Source: an uncultured Chloroflexia bacterium
GTDB lineage: Bacteria; Chloroflexota; Dehalococcoidia; SM23-28-2
DNA: 64,000 bases
Assembly: GCA_963701285.1 (NCBI GenBank)
Contig: OY969584.1
Span: forward strand, 434,131-498,130
Reading direction: 5' to 3'
Each line of letters opens with the position of its first letter. Position 1 is the stretch's first letter. The notes beneath the pieces were generated by a model that was not told the DNA's origin, ran no database searches, and saw only the letters and a program-made list of their open reading frames with translations. The translations under genes were made by a program, and so were the position numbers. This document shows, one piece after another, positions 8,158 to 16,767 of this stretch.

Positions 8158-8277
8158 TCACTGCTTCAGTTGCATGGGCTGATCGCAGCAGGAGAGGTTT
8201 CCTTGTCCGCCCTTGGTGACTATCATCTCCGTGCCACACTTGGTGCACAGATAGCGCTTGCCTGTCTGGTTGGCCAC
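8158..8277 (-). CDS. Desulforedoxin-like small iron/zinc protein (39 aa), absent from the ORF track
   Basis: MANQTGKRYLCTKCGTEMIVTKGGQGNLSCCDQPMQLKQ; CxxC...CC; GTG start with a GAGGAGA RBS. Confidence 0.85.
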   Translation of the reverse strand: MANQTGKRYLCTKCGTEMIVTKGGQGNLSCCDQPMQLKQ

Positions 8278-8337
8278 TCTCCTCACCCTCCGTCGGGCAC
8301 CCGGGCCCCCGATGTGTAGCCCCGCACCGGCCGCCCA

Positions 8338-8366
8338 AGTCTAGCGCGATCCAGAATAGCAGTCAA
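8338..8366 (-). promoter_or_regulatory. sigma70-type promoter of the desulforedoxin-like pair
   Basis: TTGACT-N17-TAGACT on the minus strand. Confidence 0.65.
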
Positions 8367-8460
8367 TCCCGCGATCTGCCCTCGGCCGCTTCGTGGGCCG
8401 GTGGCCATCCCCAACCCCGGCCTAACGGCCGGTGCCCCATTCCCTCCGGTGCCCCAGGCT

Positions 8461-9135
8461 TCAGCCTGAGGTCGAGCGCAAATCCCCACCCTGACCCGGA
8501 GGGGGGACGACCCGCTGGGGGTTGTCCTGACTGCCTTGCCTGACCTGCCCCGGCTCGACCGTCAGGTCGCCGGTCGGCTTGAAGGTAATAGCCATGGTGT
8601 CCATGGGGCGCGGCGCCGGGCCCGATACCAGGATTCCGCCCTCCTTCGTGAAGGTGGAGCCGTGACAGGGACAGCGAAACCACCCCTTCTTGCCCCCAAA
8701 CTCGAACTCGGGCCGCCAGGGAACGGTGCAGCCCAGGTGGGGACACTTCTGGTAGAGCGCCAGCAGGCCACCCGGCGAGTCGGCCTCGCCAGCCGGGATG
8801 TTCACCAGCCAGGCACGCCCCTCGACGATGTGTACCGGATCGGCGCCCGCCGCCGGGATCTTCGAAGCGCTCACATCCACCGGCGCGCCAAAGCCGGCCT
8901 CCTTCTTCGGCCAAAGGAAGTCCAGCCCCCAGCCGCCGACGATGGCGGCGCCAAGGGCAACCATGGCTCCCCAGAAGCTAGCCAGCACAAACGTGCGACG
9001 GTTCACCACCGACGGCGGCCGCGGCGCCGGCTGTGCCACGTCAGTGGCCGCCGGCGCCGCCGGGTCCGGCGCCTCCGGCTCCCCGAGCGCGCCCTCCATC
9101 GGGACGGACGTGCCTATCTCCTCCGCGTCAGCCAT
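8461..9135 (-). CDS. petC: Rieske [2Fe-2S] subunit of a cytochrome b6f/bc-type complex
   Basis: Tat-like NRRTF plus a TM helix; CPHLGC and CPCHGS boxes; GPAPRPM. Confidence 0.92.
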   Translation of the reverse strand: MADAEEIGTSVPMEGALGEPEAPDPAAPAATDVAQPAPRPPSVVNRRTFVLASFWGAMVALGAAIVGGWGLDFLWPKKEAGFGAPVDVSASKIPAAGADPVHIVEGRAWLVNIPAGEADSPGGLLALYQKCPHLGCTVPWRPEFEFGGKKGWFRCPCHGSTFTKEGGILVSGPAPRPMDTMAITFKPTGDLTVEPGQVRQGSQDNPQRVVPPPGQGGDLRSTSG

Positions 9136-9153
9136 GAGGCCTTCCTCCCTCAC

Positions 9154-10089
9154 CTAGCCGGGGTCCACCTTCACCTGCCAGGGCCAGATGAGGGCCTGCC
9201 CCGGGCCGCGGAAGAAGCTCCCGACTATCGTCAGGGTCAGGTAGCCTGCCATCACCCCCGTGAACATCACGATGAAGACGTCGTGGCGGCTCCTCACCCA
9301 GCCGAACCGCCACTGGATAGCGATAGCCAGCACCGCCAGCAGGAAGATGACGGTCAGAGGCACGATCTGGTTGGCCAACGTGGCCGGCAGGTTGAGGTTC
9401 ATGCCTTCCCAGGGTATCCAGCCCACGTTGTTCAATGGCAGCGGGATGTGGGAAAAGTCCTTGGGCCAGTCCAGCTTGCCGATGTGCCACACCCAACGGT
9501 TGGCGAGGTCCTTGGTGCTCAAGAAGCCTTTCTGCACCTCATAGGTCGCCGTCTCGAAAACCCCGGGCGATACCTCCACCGCGCGGTCCTCCTTGATGGC
9601 GGTCAGACCCGGGAACCAGCGAGTGATGCGCTCGAACTTGCCGGCGTCGAACAATACCAGGATCCAGGTGACGACCGCGGAGTAGCCGACGGTGAATGCG
9701 GCCATCCGCCCGGAGTGCTTGGTGCCGAACCAGGCGCCCTGACCCTCGCTTCTGCGGTCGATGTAGGGGATGACCGCGAAGAAGATGAGGGCGATGGTGG
9801 GAAGCAAGACCCCCGCCCAGGCCTTGTCCATGTGCAGCAGCAGCTCCTGCAGGTTCAAGAAGTACCAGGGCGCCTTGGACGGATTGGGAGTGACGTCCGG
9901 GTTGGCCCGGTTGAGCAGCGGCGCGTCGATGAAGACGGACAGGATGATGAAGGTGAGCGTGAAGAGGACGGCCGCGATGAACTCGATGAAGACGAGGTCC
10001 GGCCAGACCAGGACCTCCTCCTCCCGCTCTCGCTTCGGGCGAGGCTTCTCCGCCGCCACCGGTCGGCCGACAACCTCTTCCATCGCCAT
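9154..10089 (-). CDS. petD: Cytochrome b subunit IV-like protein (PetD/QcrC N-terminal type), with extra TM helices
   Basis: VWPDL, ANPDVTPNPSKAPWYFL (PEWY-equivalent), IPYIDR, FFRGPG. Confidence 0.85.
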   Translation of the reverse strand: MAMEEVVGRPVAAEKPRPKREREEEVLVWPDLVFIEFIAAVLFTLTFIILSVFIDAPLLNRANPDVTPNPSKAPWYFLNLQELLLHMDKAWAGVLLPTIALIFFAVIPYIDRRSEGQGAWFGTKHSGRMAAFTVGYSAVVTWILVLFDAGKFERITRWFPGLTAIKEDRAVEVSPGVFETATYEVQKGFLSTKDLANRWVWHIGKLDWPKDFSHIPLPLNNVGWIPWEGMNLNLPATLANQIVPLTVIFLLAVLAIAIQWRFGWVRSRHDVFIVMFTGVMAGYLTLTIVGSFFRGPGQALIWPWQVKVDPG

Positions 10090-10101
10090 TTGCTGCGAAT
10101 T

Positions 10102-10881
10102 CTACAGCGGCCGCGCCATGCCGCCGTCGCGACGAATGCGCCAGAAGTGCACGGCCATCATGATTGCCGCCAGCAGCGGCAAGGCCAGGACGTGCAAGGT
10201 GTAGAAGCGGATCAGGGCACTCTGGCCGATCTCGACGCCGCCGAACAGCACGCGCTGCACGTCGCCGCCGAAGTAGGGCGTGGAGCCGGCGATGCCGTGG
10301 CCGATGGTGATGGCCGGCAGAGCGAGCTGGTCCCAGGGCAGCAGGTAGCCGGTGAAGGAGAGGAGCAGGGTCAGGACCAGGAGCACCACGCCCACCACCC
10401 AGTTGAACTCGCGCGGTGGCTTGTATGCCCCGGTATAGAACACCCGCATCATGTGCAGGAACACCAGGATCACCATGCCGTGCGCCGTCCAGCGGTGCAG
10501 GTTGCGAATGAGCATGCCGAAGGCCACGTTCGTCTCCAGCGCCGCGACGTCGCCGTAGGCCCGGTCGGTGGAGGGCACGTAGTAGAACATCAGCAGCACG
10601 CCGGTGACGGTCAGCACGATGAACATGAAGAACGTCAGGCCACCCAGGCAGTAGGTGTGGGTGATCTTGACGTGGGTCCGGTGGAGACGGGTGGGATGGA
10701 GGTGCAAGAAGACGTTGGTGGCGATGACCAGCATCCGGTTGCGAGGCGTATTCGGATAGCCCGATCGGAAGACGGATTGCCAGATGTAGTTGTGGAACAG
10801 CCGGTCGTGGATCCGGTCTAGGATGGCAGCGAGGCGCTCCTGCCAGTTCCGTGGCTTGCCGGGCTCCTCCGTGACCGCCAT
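10102..10881 (-). CDS. petB: Cytochrome b6 (split cytochrome b N-terminal subunit)
   Basis: YCLGGLT (heme ci Cys), FYYVPS, IRNLHRW.AH, FTGYLLPWDQ, RFYTLHV, HFWRIR. Confidence 0.93.
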   Translation of the reverse strand: MAVTEEPGKPRNWQERLAAILDRIHDRLFHNYIWQSVFRSGYPNTPRNRMLVIATNVFLHLHPTRLHRTHVKITHTYCLGGLTFFMFIVLTVTGVLLMFYYVPSTDRAYGDVAALETNVAFGMLIRNLHRWTAHGMVILVFLHMMRVFYTGAYKPPREFNWVVGVVLLVLTLLLSFTGYLLPWDQLALPAITIGHGIAGSTPYFGGDVQRVLFGGVEIGQSALIRFYTLHVLALPLLAAIMMAVHFWRIRRDGGMARPL

Positions 10882-10899
10882 CTGCCGCCTCCCAAGCGC

Positions 10900-11031
10900 C
10901 TAGCGAGCCCACCAGCGACCAAGAGCCACCATGATCCCTAGAGAGCCGAGGACGGTCAGGAGCACGGCCAGGAACTCCATGCCCTCCGGCACGTGACGAA
11001 AGAGGATGTCCAGGAAGACCAGCTCGTTCAT
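10900..11031 (-). CDS. Small single-TM protein (43 aa), first gene of the b6 operon; absent from the ORF track
   Basis: MNELVFLDILFRHVPEGMEFLAVLLTVLGSLGIMVALGRWWAR; lies between the promoter and petB, with GC-rich third codon positions. Confidence 0.6.
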   Translation of the reverse strand: MNELVFLDILFRHVPEGMEFLAVLLTVLGSLGIMVALGRWWAR

Positions 11032-11101
11032 TCCACCGTCGGTCCCGCAACTGCTCGGAACCGCTCAAGGATAAGGGTGAACGATCCTGACTGAGGGCGT
11101 T

Positions 11102-11130
11102 AGTTTAGCACGCGCTAAGATCAGTGTCAA
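11102..11130 (-). promoter_or_regulatory. sigma70-type promoter of the b6/Rieske operon
   Basis: TTGACA-N17-TAAACT with an extended -10 TG. Confidence 0.75.
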
Positions 11131-11176
11131 CGACCAGCGGCCGCCGTCGCCTAGAGGGTGGTGAGCGCCCGGGGCC

Positions 11177-11902
11177 CTACGAAGCCGTCAGGCGGCGCCA
11201 AGGCCGCCGCAGGCGCAGGCGCAGCAAACCGCGCACGTCCTCCGCCACCGTCTTGGCCACGTGCACCCGGCTATCCGGGTCCTCCAGCCAGCGCACCGGT
11301 ATCTCCTTGATGCGGTAGCCCGCCTTTTCCGCCAGGATCAGGAGCTCGGTGTCGAAGAACCACTCATTGTTCTCGATGAGGGGCACCAACTCCTGCACCG
11401 CTCGTCGGCTGGCCGCCTTGAACCCGCACTGCGCATCGGAGAAGCGGGTGAAGAACAACGCCTTGATCATCACGTTGTAGCCGCGGGAGGTCACCTCCCG
11501 CCGCAGGGAGCGGCGGATGCGGGCCCCCCGCGCCAGGCGACTGCCAATGGCGATGTCGCAGCCCTGGCTGGCTATGGCCTCGATGAGCGGCGGGAACGCC
11601 GCCAGGTCGGTCGAAAGGTCCACATCCATGTAGCAGAGGATGTCGGCCTGACTGGTGAGCCAGGCCGCTCGCAGGGCCCGCCCCCGCCCCTTCTGGGGGA
11701 CGTGGAGCGAGGCCACGTCGGCGTGCTCGTCGGCCAGCCTCTGGGCGACCTCGAGCGTGCTGTCGGTGGAGGCGTTGTCGGCCACTACGATGCGGTACTG
11801 GTGAGCGAAGCCCTGGGCCAGGAACTTGCGCAGCGTGGCCACGCTGTCGGTCAGGACGTGCTCCTCATTGTAAACGGGGATCACGATGTCGACGGAAGCC
11901 AT
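11177..11902 (-). CDS. GT2 glycosyltransferase (dolichyl-phosphate glucosyltransferase-like)
   Basis: IVIPVYNEE, ADNASTD, KGRGRA, YMDVDLS, DAQCGFKA and WFFDTEL motifs. Confidence 0.9.
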   Translation of the reverse strand: MASVDIVIPVYNEEHVLTDSVATLRKFLAQGFAHQYRIVVADNASTDSTLEVAQRLADEHADVASLHVPQKGRGRALRAAWLTSQADILCYMDVDLSTDLAAFPPLIEAIASQGCDIAIGSRLARGARIRRSLRREVTSRGYNVMIKALFFTRFSDAQCGFKAASRRAVQELVPLIENNEWFFDTELLILAEKAGYRIKEIPVRWLEDPDSRVHVAKTVAEDVRGLLRLRLRRPWRRLTAS

Positions 11903-11915
11903 GTCCCCCATTCCC

Positions 11916-11939
11916 GTAGCTGCAGGGCTTCAGCCCTGC
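11916..11939. repeat. GTAG-type REP-like repeat family B
   Basis: GTAGCTGCAGGGCTTCAGCCCTGC, identical to 45660-45683; variants at 26003 and 8452. Confidence 0.8.
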
Positions 11940-11942
11940 CCA

Positions 11943-13484
11943 TTAGTGCCTGAAGTGCCGGATGCCGGTGAATACCATCGCGACGCCGTGGGCGTCGGCC
12001 GCCCCGATTACCTCTGCGTCGCGGATCGAGCCGCCGGGCTGGATGATGGCCGTGACGCCGCCTTCCGCTGCCATCTCCACGCCGTCGGCGAAGGGGAAGA
12101 AGGCGTCCGAGGCCAGGACTGCCCCTCGCGCCCGCTCCTCGGCGCGGCGCAATGCCAGGTGGACGCTGGTCACCCGGTTGGGCTGGCCGGCACCCATGCC
12201 CAGCAGTGTGCGATCCCTGGCCAGGACAATGGCGTTGGACTTGACATGCCTGACGACCCACCAGGCGAAGCGCAGGTCGGCCACCTCCTCTTCGCTGGGG
12301 GGGCGCTTGGTCACCACCTTCAGCTCGATGGAATCGTCGGCGATAATGTCGGGCTCCTGCACCAGGAAGCCGCCGGAGATGCGACGGTACTCCGGGGCTG
12401 TGTCGCACCCGGCGGCCGCCCGCGGGTCGACGCGCAGGATGCGCAGGTCGCGCTTCTTGCGCAAGATAGCCAGCGCCTCCTCGGCGAAGGACGGCGCCAC
12501 GACGATCTCGTAGAAGGTCTTGGCGATCTCCTGTGCCACCGCCTCCGTCAGCTCACGGTTGACCGCGACGATGCCGCCGTAGGCGGAGACCGGGTCGCCG
12601 GAGAGGGCGCGGCGATAGGCCTCGGCCAGGTCGTCGTGGCAGGCCAGGCCGCAGGGGTTGGTGTGCTTCACGATCGCCGCCGTCGGCGGGGCGAAATCCA
12701 ACGCCGTCCGCCAGGCGGCGTCGGCGTCGAGGAAGTTGTTGTAGGAGAGGGCCTTCCCGTGAAGCTGCTCCGCGGCGACGATGCCCCACGCCTGCCCGCC
12801 CCAGAGCACGCTCTCCTGCTGATAGGCCGCCGCCCGCTGGTGAGGGTTCTCGCCGTAGCGCAGGTCATAGAGCTTGCGCAGGGGCAGGGTCAGCTCCTCG
12901 GGGAAGCCCGACTCGCCGGCCCGCAGGTACTCGGCGATGGCCGTATCGTAGGAGGCGACGTGCTGGAAGGCCTTCAGCGCCAGGCGGCGCCGCTCGTCCA
13001 ACGGCACCTGGCCCGAGCGCAGCAGCTCCAGCGCCCCCGGGTAATCGGCGGGGTCGACCAGCACCAGCACGTGGAGGAAGTTCTTGGCGGCGGCGCGGAT
13101 CAGCGTCGGCCCGCCGATGTCGATGTTCTCCAGCGCCTCCTCGAGGCTAACGTCCCCACGGGCAACCGTTTGGACGAAGGGGTAGAGGTTCACCGCCACC
13201 AGGTCGATGGCGCCGATGCCGCTGCGCGCCAGCTCCTCCATGTGCGACGGCCGGTCGCGGCGAGCCAGGATGCCGCCGTGCACCGCCGGGTGGAGCGTCT
13301 TCACCCGGCCGTCCAGGATCTCCGGGAAGCCGGTGAGCTCCGAAACGCTGGCCACCGCCACCCCCGCCTCGGCCAGCGCCTTGTGGGTGCCGCCCGTGCT
13401 GTAGACTTCGAAGCCCAGCTCGGCGAGGCCGCGGGCCAGCTCCACCACGCCCGCCTTATCGGAAACGCTGACGATCGCCCTCAC
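11943..13484 (-). CDS. purH: Bifunctional AICAR formyltransferase/IMP cyclohydrolase
   Basis: GRVKTLHP, IDIGGP, LRYGENPHQ, KHTNPCG, ASDAFFPF, TGIRHFRH. Confidence 0.97.
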   Translation of the reverse strand: MRAIVSVSDKAGVVELARGLAELGFEVYSTGGTHKALAEAGVAVASVSELTGFPEILDGRVKTLHPAVHGGILARRDRPSHMEELARSGIGAIDLVAVNLYPFVQTVARGDVSLEEALENIDIGGPTLIRAAAKNFLHVLVLVDPADYPGALELLRSGQVPLDERRRLALKAFQHVASYDTAIAEYLRAGESGFPEELTLPLRKLYDLRYGENPHQRAAAYQQESVLWGGQAWGIVAAEQLHGKALSYNNFLDADAAWRTALDFAPPTAAIVKHTNPCGLACHDDLAEAYRRALSGDPVSAYGGIVAVNRELTEAVAQEIAKTFYEIVVAPSFAEEALAILRKKRDLRILRVDPRAAAGCDTAPEYRRISGGFLVQEPDIIADDSIELKVVTKRPPSEEEVADLRFAWWVVRHVKSNAIVLARDRTLLGMGAGQPNRVTSVHLALRRAEERARGAVLASDAFFPFADGVEMAAEGGVTAIIQPGGSIRDAEVIGAADAHGVAMVFTGIRHFRH

Positions 13485-13906
13485 GGCTCGGACTCCTCGT
13501 CCTCCTCTTCGAACTGCTCCGCCACCTCGCGCACCACCTGGCCGCTGCCGCCGCAGAGCGGGCAGGTCACCAGATCGGCGTCGATCTGCTCGATGCCCTG
13601 GAACTCCATGAACTTGCCGCCCTCCGTCCAGACATAGGTGCGGTCGGGGTCGTAATCGTCGATGCGGAAGGGGCGCTGCGTGCGGCCCTCCTCATCGATG
13701 TAGCCAAGGTCGCCGGTGCCGGCCAGATGGTCCTGGAAGAACTGGCGCAGGGCCTCGCGCGCGTTCTCGGCCTCGATGTCCTCCTCCCACTCCGTCTCGT
13801 CGCCCGTGGGGACGCGCGTCTCCTCGTCGCCGGACCCGCCCAGGCTGCGCAACAGGCCGGGATCGCGCACCGTCCTCTCCACGTAGTACACCCGAAAGTT
13901 GGCCAT
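13481..13906 (-). CDS. Hypothetical acidic protein with a C-terminal CPLCGGSG motif, inside the pur operon
   Basis: 141-aa ORF between purM and purH that overlaps the purH start. Confidence 0.75.
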   Translation of the reverse strand: MANFRVYYVERTVRDPGLLRSLGGSGDEETRVPTGDETEWEEDIEAENAREALRQFFQDHLAGTGDLGYIDEEGRTQRPFRIDDYDPDRTYVWTEGGKFMEFQGIEQIDADLVTCPLCGGSGQVVREVAEQFEEEDEESEP

Positions 13907-13916
13907 GGCAGCATCC

Positions 13917-14966
13917 CTACTCGATGATCACCCGCCCCTGGCCCTCCCCCCGCACTACCTCCCCGACCACCGCCGCCGCCCCCACCTCCTCCCGCACCGC
14001 CTCCACGTCCGAGGGGTCGCAGACCAGCACCATCCCCAGGCCCATGTTGAACGTGCGGTACATCTCGTCCTCCGCCACGTTTCCGCGCTCCTGGATGAGG
14101 CGGAAGATCGTTGGCACCGGCCACGACCCTTCGTGCAGGCGCGCGGCCAGTCCCTCTGGCAGGATGCGCGGCAGGTTGCCCGGCAGGCCGCCGCCGGTGA
14201 TGTGGGCGATGCCCTTCATCCGGCCCAGCACACCCTTCACCTCGTTGTAGTAGCAGCGGTGGACGGCCAGGAGCGCCTCGCCCAGGCTGGCGCCCAGCTC
14301 GGGGTAGGCGCGCTCCAGGCGGGCCAGCTCCTCCTGCGGGTCAGTGCCTAGGCCCACGCCCAGCACCTTGCGCGCCAGCGAATAGCCGTTCGTGTGCAGC
14401 CCGCTGGAGGGCAGCCCCAGCAGCGCATCGCCGGCGCGGATGGACGCCCCGTCGATGATAGCGTCCCGTTCGACCGCCCCCACGATGAACCCCGCCAGGT
14501 CGAAGTCGCCGGGCCCGTAGACGTCGGGCAGGTCGGCCGTCTCGCCGCCGAGGAGGGCGCAGCCCACCGCCCGGCAAGCCTCCGCCACGCCTTCCACGAC
14601 GGCCGCCCGTTCGTCGTCGGACAGGGAGCCGCTGGCGATGTAGTCCAGCATGAAAAGGGGCGCAGCGCCGGCGCAGAGGATGTCGTTCACGCAGTGGTTC
14701 AGCAGGTCCATGCCCACTCCCTGGAAGCGGCCGAGGAGGGCAGCCAGCTTGAGCTTCGAGCCCACGCCGTCGGCGCTGGCCACCAGCACCGGGTCACGGT
14801 AGCCGGACAGGCGGAAAAGGCCGCCAAAGGGGCCCACGTCGGCCAGCACCTCCGGCCGGCGCGTCGTGCGGGCCAGCGCGGCGATGCGTTTCACCAGACG
14901 GGCGGCGGCGCCCACGTCCACGCCCGCCTGGGCATAGGTCATCGGTGAAGGTTGATCGTGGCTCAT
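13917..14966 (-). CDS. purM: Phosphoribosylformylglycinamidine cyclo-ligase
   Basis: YAQAGVD, DGVGSK, GGETA, SSGLHTNGYS, HITGGG, TFNMGLG. Confidence 0.97.
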   Translation of the reverse strand: MSHDQPSPMTYAQAGVDVGAAARLVKRIAALARTTRRPEVLADVGPFGGLFRLSGYRDPVLVASADGVGSKLKLAALLGRFQGVGMDLLNHCVNDILCAGAAPLFMLDYIASGSLSDDERAAVVEGVAEACRAVGCALLGGETADLPDVYGPGDFDLAGFIVGAVERDAIIDGASIRAGDALLGLPSSGLHTNGYSLARKVLGVGLGTDPQEELARLERAYPELGASLGEALLAVHRCYYNEVKGVLGRMKGIAHITGGGLPGNLPRILPEGLAARLHEGSWPVPTIFRLIQERGNVAEDEMYRTFNMGLGMVLVCDPSDVEAVREEVGAAAVVGEVVRGEGQGRVIIE

Positions 14967-14975
14967 ACACTTCTT

Positions 14976-15058
14976 GGCCGCTTATGGTTCGACAAGCTCA
15001 CCATGAGCGGCCTGCCGGTTGCCCACCGCTCATCCTTCGACAGACTCAGGATGAGCGG
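14976..15058. repeat. Two adjacent family A palindromic repeats
   Basis: GGCCGCTTATGGTTCGACAAGCTCACCATGAGCGGCC and CCGCTCATCCTTCGACAGACTCAGGATGAGCGG. Confidence 0.85.
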
Positions 15059-15069
15059 GAATGTGTGGC

Positions 15070-16542
15070 CTAGTGGCGGTCTTCTTCCCAGGTCCAGGCG
15101 ACCCCCACCGGCTCCGGCTTCTCGCCGGGGCGCGCCGGCCGCCGCTCGAACACCAGCTTATCCATCTGGAGCTGGACGGCCATGGGGTATTCGCCGGTGA
15201 AACAGGCAGTGCAGAAGCTATCGCGGGACTGGCCCACCGCCCGCAGCAGGCCCTCGATGCTCAGATAGCCCAGACTGTCGGCGCCGATGTGGCGCCGGAT
15301 CTCCTCGACCGACTTGTGGCCAGCGATAAGCTCCCACTTGCTGGCCATGTCGATGCCAAAGAAGCAGGGGTGGCGGATGGGCGGAGCGGTGATCCGCATG
15401 TGCACCTCGCGGGCGCCGGCTTTGCGCAGCATCTCCACCACCCGCGGGGTGGTGGTGCCGCGCACGATGGAGTCGTCGACCACCACCAGTCGCTTGCCGG
15501 CCAGCACCTCGCGCAGCGGGTTGAACTTGAGGTAGACGCCCACGTCCCGGAGGCGCTGGTCGGGCTGGATGAAGGTTCGGCCCACGTAGCGGTTCTTCAC
15601 CAGCCCCTCGGCATACGGGATGCCGGACTCGCGAGCGTAGCCGGTGGCGGCGGCGATGGCCGAGTCCGGCACGCCGATGACCAGATCGGCCTCCACCGGG
15701 TGCTCTCGCGCCAGCTCCGCCCCCATGGCCATCCGCACCGGGTAGAGCAGCTTCCCCCGCAGGACCGAATCCGGCCGCGCGAAGTAGATGTACTCGAAGA
15801 TGCAGAGGCCATCACGCTGGCGGCTCACCGGCTTGTAGGAACTGACGCCGTTTTCGTCGATGTACAGGGCTTCGCCCGGCTCCACCTCACGGACGAAGGT
15901 GGCGCCCAGGTGGTCGAGGGCGCAGGTCTCGGAGGCGACCACCCAGCCGTGGTTGAAGGAGCCCAGGCAGAGCGGGCGGACGCCGTAGGGATCGCGCATG
16001 GCGAACAGGCCCTGCGGCGTAACGCCCACGACGCAGTAGGCGCCCTGGACGCGCTGCATCACGTGGCCGATGCGCCGCTCCCAGGTGGTGCCGGGCGCCG
16101 TCGCCAGGAGTTGGGCCAGGATCTCGCTGTCGGTGGAGGTCTTGAACAGGTAGCCCTGCTGCTCCAGGTCGTGGCGCAGCACCGCCGCGTTCACCAGGTT
16201 GCCGTTGTGGCCCAGAGCGAGCGGACCGCGCGGCCCCTCAGCATAGATGGGCTGGGCATTCTCGACACGGTTGGAGCCGGTGGTGGAGTAGCGGGTGTGG
16301 CCGGCGGCGACGTGGCCCGGCAGATACGAGAGATCGGCCTCATCGAAGACCTGAGCGATAAGGCCCATGCCCGCATGGAGGTGGATCTGGTAGCCGTCGC
16401 CGGTGGCAATGCCAGCGCTCTCCTGGCCGCGGTGCTGGAGCGCGTAGAGGCCGTAGAAGGTTAAGCGGGCAACGTCCTCGCCGGGCGCGAAGACACCGAA
16501 AACGCCACAGGACTCATGCGGCTCGTCGGAATGCACTGCCAT
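15070..16542 (-). CDS. purF: Amidophosphoribosyltransferase
   Basis: Short propeptide then CGVFG; LQHRGQES, GHTRYST, CIFEYIYFARPDS, VDDSIVRGTT, CTACFTG. Confidence 0.97.
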   Translation of the reverse strand: MAVHSDEPHESCGVFGVFAPGEDVARLTFYGLYALQHRGQESAGIATGDGYQIHLHAGMGLIAQVFDEADLSYLPGHVAAGHTRYSTTGSNRVENAQPIYAEGPRGPLALGHNGNLVNAAVLRHDLEQQGYLFKTSTDSEILAQLLATAPGTTWERRIGHVMQRVQGAYCVVGVTPQGLFAMRDPYGVRPLCLGSFNHGWVVASETCALDHLGATFVREVEPGEALYIDENGVSSYKPVSRQRDGLCIFEYIYFARPDSVLRGKLLYPVRMAMGAELAREHPVEADLVIGVPDSAIAAATGYARESGIPYAEGLVKNRYVGRTFIQPDQRLRDVGVYLKFNPLREVLAGKRLVVVDDSIVRGTTTPRVVEMLRKAGAREVHMRITAPPIRHPCFFGIDMASKWELIAGHKSVEEIRRHIGADSLGYLSIEGLLRAVGQSRDSFCTACFTGEYPMAVQLQMDKLVFERRPARPGEKPEPVGVAWTWEEDRH

Positions 16543-16593
16543 ATCCTGCCTAGGGCCCCGGCTCGCTAGCGGTGGTCTGGCAGGAACACATAG

Positions 16594-16767
16594 TCAATCG
16601 GTCAAACGACCCAGGCTGCACTGAGGATTGGTGCATCTGCCTTCGGGGCCCAGCTTCTTGCCGCAGAAAAGACAGTGGGTGGTCTCCCACCACAACAAAT
16701 AAGCTAGCCCCGCCATGGCCGAAACCAAAGGTGCCACCACTGCGAATGCTAGCGTGCGCTTGCTCAT
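16594..16767 (-). CDS. Small membrane-anchored Cys4 (zinc-ribbon-like) protein, 57 aa; absent from the ORF track
   Basis: MSKRTLAFAVVAPLVSAMAGLAYLLWWETTHCLFCGKKLGPEGRCTNPQCSLGRLTD. Confidence 0.55.
   Translation of the reverse strand: MSKRTLAFAVVAPLVSAMAGLAYLLWWETTHCLFCGKKLGPEGRCTNPQCSLGRLTD

Noticed and set aside
8146-8160. UGA read-through fusing the two desulforedoxin-like ORFs (same frame, TGA plus 4 codons)
   Set aside because: The 12-nt gap is a strong RBS (GGAGGTGG), the UGA does not align with a Cys position, and I see no matching hairpin 13 nt downstream.
8536-10821. Long antisense ORFs (e.g. 8536-10821, 11886-13637, 15061-16464, 43632-45440, 59017-60951)
   Set aside because: They are shadows of well-supported genes on the opposite strand, as expected in high-GC DNA, and carry no motifs.
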